NCBI GenBank assembly: GCA_021296435.1
Contig: JAGWAK010000003.1
Location: forward strand, 1-39,677
Length of the DNA: 39,677 bases
DNA from: Acidimicrobiia bacterium
GTDB taxonomy: Bacteria; Actinomycetota; Acidimicrobiia; Acidimicrobiales; CATQHL01
Reading direction: 5' to 3'
In this document: positions 32,623 through 39,677 of the stretch, one piece after another
Position numbering within the stretch: the first letter of the stretch is position 1
How the letters are laid out: every line of letters starts with the position of its first letter
Translations under genes and position numbers: made by a program
The notes under the pieces: generated by a model
Told to the model about the DNA's origin: nothing
Seen by the model: only the letters and a program-made list of their open reading frames with translations
The model's database searches: none

Positions 32623-34385
32623 GGCCGCGCTCCGGCGCCGTCGAGAAGTCCCAGACGCCGGGCGGAGCCCACCGCCGAGGCCGCCGTGTGTCCCAGCCCG
32701 CAGATCGAGGCGTCGCTCATCACCGTGTCCAGGTCGTCAAGCAGGTCGGTGTCACCCGGTTGCGCCGAGCCGGAGCGCAGGCGCACGATCGCCTCGTTCT
32801 GGCGGACGGTACCCACCCGGCACGGCACGCACTGCCCGCAGGACTCGTCACGAAAGAAGGCGGTGATCCGCTCCACGATGTCGCCGATGTCCGCGGCGCC
32901 GTCGAAGACGGTGACCGCCCCGGAACCCAGCGTGAGGTCGGCTGCTCGAACGTCCTCAAATGTCAAGGGCACGTCGCTCGCCCCGGGAGACACGAAGACT
33001 CCCGCGGCCCCGCCCAGCAGCACGGCCCCGGGAGAGGCCGGGGCGCCGGCTAGTTCCAGCAGCTCGCCGAGCGACGTGCCGAACGGCACCTCGTAGACGC
33101 CCGGACCGCTCACGTCGCCGGCCACCGAGAACAGTTTCGTGCCGGGACTCTCGGCGGTGCCCACCGCGCGGAACCCCGCCGCGCCGCAGCTGAGGATCAC
33201 CGGCACATTGTGGAGCGTCTCGACGTTGTTGACGACGGTGGGCCGGCCGAACAGACCCACCTCGGTGGGGAACGGCGGCTTCGACCGGGGCTCGCCCCGG
33301 TAGCCCTCCAGCGAGTTGAACAGCGCCGTCTCCTCACCGCAGATGTAGGCGCCGGCCCCTCGGCGAACTTCGAGGTCGAAGCTCAGGCCGCTGCCGGCCA
33401 CGTCGGACCCCAGCAGCCCGCGGTGGCGCGCCTGGTTGATTGCGTCGACGATCCGCTCCTCGGCGGTGGGGTACTCGCCCCTGATGTAGATGTAGCCCTG
33501 CGCGGCGCCGACGGTCAACCCGGCGATCGTCATGGATTCGACCAGGGCGAAGGGATCGCCCTCCAGCAGCACCCGATCCTTGAAGGTGCCCGGCTCGGAC
33601 TCGTCCGCATTGCACACCACGTAGCGTTCCCGCTGAGCCGAGGCCGCCACGGCCCGCCACTTCACGCCGGTCGGGAAAGCAGCTCCGCCCCTGCCGCGCA
33701 GCCCCGAGTCGGCGATCTCGCGCAGCACCGCCTCCGGACCCATGGCCAGCGCGGTCCGCAGCGCCTGGTACCCGCCGTGCGCCCGGTACTCCTCCAGGCT
33801 GGTCGGATCCACGACGCCGATGCGGCCCGTCAACCAGGCGGGCCCGGCGGCGACCACCAGCGGTGGGGCCTCTGTCGCACCCTCGGCTGCCAGAGCGCCG
33901 GCGACCGATCCCGTGACCGTCAAGCGGGCCGCGTCGTCCCCCGCGCGCTGCACGAACAGGGCAGGGGCCCGGTCGCACTGGCCGAGGCACGGGCTCGGAT
34001 GCACACCGACCGGCTCCTCGCCGTCGTGACCGGTGTCCGCCGCGGGATCGCGGTACCCGGGGTGGACGCGGCAGGCAATGTCGTCGCAGACGTGGACGAC
34101 TGTTCGCGGACCCGCCTCGGTGCGCAGCAGGGCGTAGAACGTGGCGACCCCGAAAGCCTCGGCACGGGGCACCTCGAGTCGCGCGCAGAGCTCTGCCAGC
34201 GCTTCGGGGCTGATCCAGCCGATCCCGTCCTGCAGGGCGTGCAGCGACGGCAGCAACAAGTGCCGGCGATCGGGCCCTCGCCGGATCACCCGGCTGTCGA
34301 CAGGGTCGTAGCGACGCCCGACGGTCCCGTCCAGAACACGCACCTCCGCCGGTGTTGGGGCGCCGACGGAGGGCCTCGATTCCAT
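32619..34385 (-). CDS. NuoE-NuoF fusion-type NAD(H)-binding flavoprotein (FdsB/HoxF-like diaphorase subunit)
   Basis: N-terminal thioredoxin-like 2Fe-2S domain (HVCDDIAC...SPCLGQCDRAP), then GRGGAAFPTGVKW (FMN), ESEPGTFKDR, and ESCGQCVPCRVG...ICGLG (4Fe-4S). Confidence 0.85.
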   Translation of the reverse strand: MESRPSVGAPTPAEVRVLDGTVGRRYDPVDSRVIRRGPDRRHLLLPSLHALQDGIGWISPEALAELCARLEVPRAEAFGVATFYALLRTEAGPRTVVHVCDDIACRVHPGYRDPAADTGHDGEEPVGVHPSPCLGQCDRAPALFVQRAGDDAARLTVTGSVAGALAAEGATEAPPLVVAAGPAWLTGRIGVVDPTSLEEYRAHGGYQALRTALAMGPEAVLREIADSGLRGRGGAAFPTGVKWRAVAASAQRERYVVCNADESEPGTFKDRVLLEGDPFALVESMTIAGLTVGAAQGYIYIRGEYPTAEERIVDAINQARHRGLLGSDVAGSGLSFDLEVRRGAGAYICGEETALFNSLEGYRGEPRSKPPFPTEVGLFGRPTVVNNVETLHNVPVILSCGAAGFRAVGTAESPGTKLFSVAGDVSGPGVYEVPFGTSLGELLELAGAPASPGAVLLGGAAGVFVSPGASDVPLTFEDVRAADLTLGSGAVTVFDGAADIGDIVERITAFFRDESCGQCVPCRVGTVRQNEAIVRLRSGSAQPGDTDLLDDLDTVMSDASICGLGHTAASAVGSARRLGLLDGAGARP

Positions 34386-34452
34386 CGTTCCAGCCTAGAA
34401 GTGCGGCTCGGCGTCGCAGAGTCAGCCCCGCTGCGCCGCGGCGCGACTCCGC

Positions 34453-36843
34453 TCAGGCTGTCGAATGCCCCCTGAGCAGGGCGCGCAGGCGCGGCGGGCT
34501 CAGGTTGGACTGCGTGATCGACACACCCAGGGGTACCAGAGCGTCGTGCACAGCGGCAGCGAGCGCCGCCGGTGTCACGATGATCGCCCCCTCGCCTGCC
34601 CCCCGGAAGCCGCCGATCAACCCCGACGGCGTCTCGCGGTGGATGATTCGCGCCCGCACCGCGTCGCCGAATGTGGGGATCATGTAATCCAGCAGGGTCG
34701 AGGTCAGCGGTTGCCCGTTCTCGTCGTAGTGGATCTCCTCGAAGAACGTCTGCCCCACAGCCTGCGCCACCGCTCCGTGGATCTGCCCGTCCAGCAGCAC
34801 GCCGTCGATCACGGTCCCGCAGTCGTGGACGATCGTCAGGTCCTGCACCGTCACGACCCCAGTGGCCGCTTCGACCTCCACGACCGCGGCCGCCGCCGCC
34901 GTGGAATAGGTGGCGGCCACGTTCATCTTTCCCCGCTCGTCGGGGAACGGGCTGGTGTTGCCCGGGTCGTACCCCACCACGACCGACAACCCCGGATCCA
35001 TGCCGGGCGGCAGCAGGAACGTGTGCAGATACGCCACGGCAGCGATCTGGGCGAACGGGATCGCCGCCTCCCCCAGCCGGAAGAAGCCGTCGGAGGCCTC
35101 GATCTGCTCGGCGGGGGCTTCCAGCATTCCCGCGGCGATGGCCGCCATCTTGTCTCGCACCTGCTGTGCCGCCTTGATGACCGCTCCGCCACCCATGACC
35201 GCCGAACGGCTCCCCCACGTGCCGATGCCGTAGGGCAGCGCGGCAGTGTCGCCGTCGCTGACCTCGACGTCGTCAGGGCTGATACCGAGGGTTTCCGCGG
35301 CCACCTTGGCGTAGATGGTCTCGTGTCCCTGTCCCTGGGACTTGGTGCCGACGGCCACGTTCACCCTGCCGTCGGGCTGAACGGTCAGCATCGCCATCTC
35401 ATAACCACCGAAGCGGCCGGCCAGGCCGTGGATGTTGGGCGCCGTGGGCTCCACCATCTGGGCGATCCCCACACCCACGAGGCGGCCCGCCGTCCTCGCC
35501 TCGTCGCGGGCTCCGCAGGCGGCGTCGTAATCCACGGCCTCGAGAAGCTCGGTGAGCTGGTCGCCGAAACTACCGGTGTCGAGGACCGAGCCTGTCGCCG
35601 TCACGTAGGGCCGCGGCTCGTCGGGGATCATGTTCGCCCGGCGAATCGTGACAGGATCGATGCCGAGCCGCTCCCCCACCAGGTCCAGGACCCGCTCCAT
35701 CAGGAAGATGCCCTGCGGCTGGCCGTAACCGCGGTAGCCGCCCATCGGGCCCTTGTTGGTCGCCACGCAGCGCAACTCGAAGGCGTAGTCCTGGAGGTCG
35801 TAGCAGTTCGGAACCACGCTCGTGGTCACGATCGCCGGCGCACAACCCAGGATGTACAACTCCGGAGACCCGACGTCCACGACGAAGTTGGCCCGCAGCC
35901 CAAGGATCTTGCCGTCGTCGCGGTAGGCCACCTCCACCTCGTGGACCTGCTGGCGGGAGTGCAGCCCGGAGAGCAGGTTCTCGGTGCGGTCCTGCTGCCA
36001 GACGACCGGGTGGCGCACCCGCATCGCCAGCACCGCCACCAGCACCTCCTCGCGCATGAAGTGCGCCTTGTTGCCGAAGCCGCCCCCCATGTCGGGCGCC
36101 ACGACCCTGATCTTGGCCTCGCTCAGCCCGGAAATGTCCGAGATCACGGTGCGCAACGTGTGCGGGACCTGAGTCGATACGTACATTTCGAGGCGCCCCG
36201 TGGCCGGGTCGAACTCGCCGAGCGCACCGTGGCCCTCCATCGGTAGGCCGGAGATACGGTGATGGGTGAAGCGCTCCTGCAGGACCCCGTCGGCGCCGGC
36301 GAACGCCGCCTCGATGTCGCCATGGCTGCCCGGCATGAACAGAAAGACGTTGTCGCCCCAGTCCTCGTACAGCAGCGGTGCCTCAGGATCCAAGCCGGCC
36401 TCCGCGTCGCTGACCGCGGGCAGTTCTTCGTAGTCCACCTCGATGAGCTCGAGCGCGTCCTCGGCGATGTACCTGCTGTCGGCGACGACCGCGGCAACCG
36501 GCTCGCCCACGAACCGCACCTTGTCGGTGGCGAGCACCGACCATGTGATCTGCCTCAGCGTCGGGATCATGGGGAGGTGATGGCTGAACTCGCCGGTTTC
36601 GGCCGCCAGTTCGCCCCCCGTGAACACCCCGATGACCCCGGGGAGGGTCAGCGCACCGGAACCGTCGATGTGGCGGATCCGGGCGTGCGCCACGGGGCTG
36701 CGCAGGATGGCGATGTGCTTCAGGTCGGGCCGGTACACGTCGCCGAGAAACTCACCCTGACCGCATAGCAGCCGGGTGTCCTCCTTGCGCCGGAGGGCGG
36801 CGCCCGTCTCCGCCGGCGCCTGTGGCGGCGCGGTGACGCTCAC
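34453..36843 (-). CDS. Xanthine dehydrogenase/CoxL-family molybdopterin-binding large subunit (not a CO dehydrogenase)
   Basis: 796 aa. GGGFGNK, an active-site loop GGYRGYGQPQG (neither VAYRCSFR nor AYRGAGR), and the C-terminal catalytic-Glu motif FRGAGEGA. The GTG at 36843 overlaps the small-subunit stop (GTGA). Confidence 0.87.
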   Translation of the reverse strand: MSVTAPPQAPAETGAALRRKEDTRLLCGQGEFLGDVYRPDLKHIAILRSPVAHARIRHIDGSGALTLPGVIGVFTGGELAAETGEFSHHLPMIPTLRQITWSVLATDKVRFVGEPVAAVVADSRYIAEDALELIEVDYEELPAVSDAEAGLDPEAPLLYEDWGDNVFLFMPGSHGDIEAAFAGADGVLQERFTHHRISGLPMEGHGALGEFDPATGRLEMYVSTQVPHTLRTVISDISGLSEAKIRVVAPDMGGGFGNKAHFMREEVLVAVLAMRVRHPVVWQQDRTENLLSGLHSRQQVHEVEVAYRDDGKILGLRANFVVDVGSPELYILGCAPAIVTTSVVPNCYDLQDYAFELRCVATNKGPMGGYRGYGQPQGIFLMERVLDLVGERLGIDPVTIRRANMIPDEPRPYVTATGSVLDTGSFGDQLTELLEAVDYDAACGARDEARTAGRLVGVGIAQMVEPTAPNIHGLAGRFGGYEMAMLTVQPDGRVNVAVGTKSQGQGHETIYAKVAAETLGISPDDVEVSDGDTAALPYGIGTWGSRSAVMGGGAVIKAAQQVRDKMAAIAAGMLEAPAEQIEASDGFFRLGEAAIPFAQIAAVAYLHTFLLPPGMDPGLSVVVGYDPGNTSPFPDERGKMNVAATYSTAAAAAVVEVEAATGVVTVQDLTIVHDCGTVIDGVLLDGQIHGAVAQAVGQTFFEEIHYDENGQPLTSTLLDYMIPTFGDAVRARIIHRETPSGLIGGFRGAGEGAIIVTPAALAAAVHDALVPLGVSITQSNLSPPRLRALLRGHSTA

Positions 36844-37313
36844 AGCTGCTCCTCGGCAGTGCCGGCGACGGCCTCGAGGGCCTTGACAATGTTGACGTAT
36901 CCGGTACAGCGGCAGAGGTTGCCCGACATCCACTCCTCGATCCGGTCCCGACTCGGGTGGGGATCGGTCTCGAAGAGTTCCAGTGCCGTCAGCACCATTC
37001 CCGGTGTGCAGAAGCCGCACTGAAGGCCGTGGTGGGTCGACAGCGCCTGCTGGATGGGGTGCAACGACCCCGGAGAACCCACCCCCTCGATGGTGCGCAC
37101 CTCCGAGCCGCCCACCTGCACGGTGAACATGAGACAGGACCGCACACCACATCCGTCGACCAGGACCGTGCAAGCGCCGCAGGAGCCCTGCTCGCATCCC
37201 GCATGAGCCCCTGTCATGGCAAGGCGGTCGCGCAGCGTGTCCAGCAGCAACTCGCGCGGCTCGACCTCCACCTCCGCGACCTCGCCGTTGAGCGAGAATC
37301 GGACCTTCGTCAT
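36840..37313 (-). CDS. (2Fe-2S)-binding small subunit of the molybdenum hydroxylase (CoxS-like)
   Basis: GCEQGSCGACTV (plant-type cluster) and CGFCTPGM...CRCTGY (second cluster). ATG lies 9 nt after GAGGAG. Confidence 0.9.
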   Translation of the reverse strand: MTKVRFSLNGEVAEVEVEPRELLLDTLRDRLAMTGAHAGCEQGSCGACTVLVDGCGVRSCLMFTVQVGGSEVRTIEGVGSPGSLHPIQQALSTHHGLQCGFCTPGMVLTALELFETDPHPSRDRIEEWMSGNLCRCTGYVNIVKALEAVAGTAEEQL

Positions 37314-37366
37314 GCCGGCTCACTCCTCATTGCGGCTCCTCCTCGTCTACTTCGGTGTGCGTGTGC

Positions 37367-38248
37367 TCAGGCGCCACCGGCCGAGCCGGCCCGTGCCCAG
37401 GCTCTCCGCACGGCGTCGGCGGCCAGCACGGCGGCGAGTTCACGCCGGTAGTCCTTCGAACCGTGCACGTCGCCGGGAGGATCCGCCGCCGCGGCGACCC
37501 GCCTCCCCAGTTCCTCCGCCGCGCCGTCGGTCAGGCTGGACTCTCCCCGCAGGAAGTCCCCCGCGGCACTGAGATCCATCGGCGTCGGGCCGAGACCGCA
37601 ACCGGCGACCCGCACCTGCTCGCAGGCCCCGAAACCATCGCGGTGCAGGATGACGGCCACCCCTGCTGTGGCGAAGTCACCGTGGCGGCGGACGAACTCA
37701 CTGAACGCGCCGCCGTCGCCGTCGCGGTGTGCGGGGACCTCGACGGTCGTCAGCAACTCGTCGGGCTCGAGGCCGGTCGTGAAGGGACCGGCGAACAACT
37801 CGGCGGCGGGAATGGCCCGCTCGCTCCCCGTGCTGGCGACGATGACACGACCCTCCAGCGCCACCAGCAGCGCCGGCAGTTCGGCGACCGGATCGGCGTG
37901 GGCGAGGCTTCCGCCGAGTGTCCCCCGGTTGCGGATCCCGACGTGGCCGATGAGCTCCGCCACTTCCGCGAAGATCGGGGCCTTCTGGCGCACGTCGGGG
38001 TCGGTCTCCAGGAAGCGATGGCGGCACATGGCGCCGAACCGCAGCGTGCCGTTGTGGGATTCGAAACCCGACAGCGCTCCCAGGTGGTTCACGTCCACGA
38101 GCAGGCTCGGACGCGCCAGGCGCAGGTTCATCAGCGGCACCAGGCTCTGCCCGCCGGCCAGCACCCGGGAGTCCTCGGCGCTGGCGAGAGCCTCGGTGGC
38201 CTCGCCGACCGATCCGGCAGCGACGTAGTCGAACCGCGGGGGTTTCAC
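37367..38248 (-). CDS. FAD-binding medium subunit of the molybdenum hydroxylase (CoxM-like)
   Basis: FDY..AGS..EA, LAGGQSLVPLMNLRLARP, GTLGGSLAHADP, and a CO_deh_flav_C-like tail. The GTG at 38248 overlaps the Rieske gene stop (GTGA). The 415-aa extension is rejected. Confidence 0.85.
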   Translation of the reverse strand: MKPPRFDYVAAGSVGEATEALASAEDSRVLAGGQSLVPLMNLRLARPSLLVDVNHLGALSGFESHNGTLRFGAMCRHRFLETDPDVRQKAPIFAEVAELIGHVGIRNRGTLGGSLAHADPVAELPALLVALEGRVIVASTGSERAIPAAELFAGPFTTGLEPDELLTTVEVPAHRDGDGGAFSEFVRRHGDFATAGVAVILHRDGFGACEQVRVAGCGLGPTPMDLSAAGDFLRGESSLTDGAAEELGRRVAAAADPPGDVHGSKDYRRELAAVLAADAVRRAWARAGSAGGA

Positions 38249-39474
38249 GCCGGCACTGCCGCTGCCGCTCGCCGGTCCTCGGCACGGTAGCGCCCCACCA
38301 GCCAGGTGTTGAATTGGGCCAGGACCGACTCCTGCCACGAGTACCGTCCACGCGGCGCGAAACGGGACCCCATTCCCCGCTGCACCGCCGTGTTGGTGGG
38401 CAGGTCCTGGTTGTTGAACAGCTCCACGCCGTGGATGGCCGCGCCGAGCAACTCCCCGAACAGCGGCACCTCGAGTGTCGACGGCGGGAAGATGTAGGCC
38501 ATGGTCAAGGTGTGTGACGACTCGCTGACGGGTTGAACCGTGAACCAGAACGCCGAGTCGGGCTGGAAACCCATCAGCAGGCTCGGAGGCACGTAGGCGA
38601 ACAGCATCCGCCATCGTTCGGTCTCGGTCAGCGTCGGGATGATCGGGAAGATGGCCTTCTGGGTCGGATTGAAGCCACCGTCGGGAATTGTCGCCCCCAT
38701 GGCGCCGTACATGGCGGCGTCACCCTCCTCGAAGGGCGCGTACCAGGCGTTCCGCGACGGCGCGAAGTCGTGGATCCCTTTGTGGAGACGGTCGGGGTGG
38801 TAGCCCTCCATGAAGTTCTCGACCATGATCTTCCAGTTGAACGGGAGACCCGGGACGGTCTCGGGCTCCACCGTGATCATGTCATCGACGTGATAGTTCG
38901 CCAGCACCTCGTCGAGCTTCACCAGCCGGGGGCTGAGCGGTGGGGCCTCGTCATCGAAGTTGACGAACACGAAGCCCTTCCAGAGTTCCGTGCGCAGCCG
39001 GGGCAGGCTGATGTCCGAGCGAGAGAACCCGGTCGTCTCACCCATCTCCGGCGCGCCCACGAGCCTGCCGTCGAGGTCGTAGGTCCACCAGTCGTAAGGG
39101 CACCGGAAGGTCCGGCAGTTACCCGACGTCTCCGGCGGCAACTCGAACCACTCCGAGGGCGGTCGCTGGGCGGGTGCCGTCACACACATGCCGCGGTGCT
39201 GGCAGACCGAGGACATGACGTTGATCTCGCCATCGGTTCCACGTGCAACGATTAGCGGCTCCCCCGCGACCGTGATCGTGAAGAAGTCCCCCACCTCGGC
39301 GATCTGATCACTACGTCCCACGCAGATCCACTCATGGCCGAACACGGCCTCCCTCTCGAACGCGAAGAAGCCCGGATCGGCGTACACCGCAGGTGGGAGA
39401 CCCACGGCGGCACTGAAGTCCTGAGCCGAGGCGTCGAGGCTCTCCAGCGGGATGGGGCAGCGCCGGTGTGTCAT
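38245..39474 (-). CDS. Rieske-type non-heme iron oxygenase alpha subunit with an atypical Rieske motif
   Basis: CQHRG...CPYDWWTYDLDGRLVGAP (Rieske-like) and the mononuclear iron motif NFMEGYHPDRLH. ATG at 39474 lies 8 nt after AGGAGG (39483-39488), so the GTG at 39483 is unlikely. Confidence 0.83.
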   Translation of the reverse strand: MTHRRCPIPLESLDASAQDFSAAVGLPPAVYADPGFFAFEREAVFGHEWICVGRSDQIAEVGDFFTITVAGEPLIVARGTDGEINVMSSVCQHRGMCVTAPAQRPPSEWFELPPETSGNCRTFRCPYDWWTYDLDGRLVGAPEMGETTGFSRSDISLPRLRTELWKGFVFVNFDDEAPPLSPRLVKLDEVLANYHVDDMITVEPETVPGLPFNWKIMVENFMEGYHPDRLHKGIHDFAPSRNAWYAPFEEGDAAMYGAMGATIPDGGFNPTQKAIFPIIPTLTETERWRMLFAYVPPSLLMGFQPDSAFWFTVQPVSESSHTLTMAYIFPPSTLEVPLFGELLGAAIHGVELFNNQDLPTNTAVQRGMGSRFAPRGRYSWQESVLAQFNTWLVGRYRAEDRRAAAAVPA

Positions 39475-39643
39475 CACACTCACCTCCTGTTCCGTTTAGC
39501 CCCTGCAGCGCCGTGGACCGCTGGTCAGGCCACGACCGGGGCCACACCACGCAACAAGCTAAACTCGCCGGTCACGTTCGGGCGGCGACGTTAGCAGCCG
39601 TCCGAATGCGCTGGGGAAGCTCGACGACGGAGGAATTCCGCAC
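39475..39643. promoter_or_regulatory. Probable divergent control region upstream of the Rieske/Mo-hydroxylase array
   Basis: 169-nt gap between the minus-strand start and a possible plus-strand start. It contains the direct repeat GGCCAC-N6-GGCCAC (39528-39545) and the inverted repeat CGTGG...CCACG (39512-39534). No function has been demonstrated. Confidence 0.3.
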
Positions 39644-39677
39644 ATGACCAGAGACCACCGTACGCGCCCTGTAAGCC
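39644..39677 (+). CDS. Possible 5' end of a divergently transcribed gene (truncated by the window edge)
   Basis: ATG at 39644 lies 9 nt after GGAGGA (39629-39634). Only 11 codons are visible (MTRDHRTRPVS), so no function can be assigned. Confidence 0.25.
   Translation, partial: MTRDHRTRPVS

Noticed and set aside
34465-36246. 593-aa plus-strand ORF
   Set aside because: It lies antisense to the molybdopterin large subunit.
36844-37323. N-terminal 160-aa extension of the large-subunit frame (956-aa ORF 34453-37323), which could be misread as a small/large subunit fusion
   Set aside because: The genuine 2Fe-2S small subunit is in a different frame (36840-37313) with its own Shine-Dalgarno sequence and ATG. 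The in-frame extension is Arg/Gly/His-rich junk. The large subunit starts at the GTG at 36843 (GTGA coupling).
38245-39474. The Rieske oxygenase as a sterol C-4 demethylase (SdmA-like) or steroid hydroxylase (KshA-like) linked to the cyclase fusion
   Set aside because: It is about 27 kb from the cyclase gene and translationally coupled to a Mo-hydroxylase operon. No SdmB-like reductase is adjacent. The link cannot be supported from sequence context, though a phylogeny could revisit it.

Overview
Very GC-rich, gene-dense chromosomal segment. GC content was judged by eye, not computed. The synteny looks actinobacterial: an MtrB-like kinase followed by a GerMN lipoprotein, rnpB next to a COG1579 zinc-ribbon gene, and a phoH-ybeY-CBS/CorC-era string. 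I support about 39 protein genes, almost all on the minus strand, and many are joined by 4-nt ATGA/GTGA stop/start overlaps. There is also one RNase P RNA and three tRNAs (Val-TAC, Met/CAT, Asn-GTT). I saw no rRNA, CRISPR array, transposase or integrase.

Most of the content is housekeeping: pfkA, an aminotransferase, glucokinase, queG, trpD, a GlpK-like kinase, an IMPase, sigma-70, dnaG, glyQS, recO, uppS, dinG, era, ybeY and phoH.

Two loci stand out.

(1) 7444-10863 (-) is one uninterrupted 1139-aa ORF. It joins a squalene-monooxygenase-type flavoprotein domain to an oxidosqualene-cyclase-type (VTDCTAE) triterpene cyclase domain. These are the two committed steps of sterol scaffold synthesis in a single polypeptide, sitting between trpD and queG.

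(2) About 29.8-39.5 kb (-) is a tightly coupled array: an atypical Rieske oxygenase, a three-subunit xanthine-dehydrogenase-family molybdenum hydroxylase (FAD, 2Fe-2S and Mo subunits), a NuoE-NuoF fusion, a catalytic-domain-less NuoG/FdhA N-terminal iron-sulfur protein, a TauE/SafE exporter and a quinone oxidoreductase.

The many long ORFs antisense to these genes are treated as GC-driven shadow ORFs. All functional calls come from motif recognition by eye. No database search was run.
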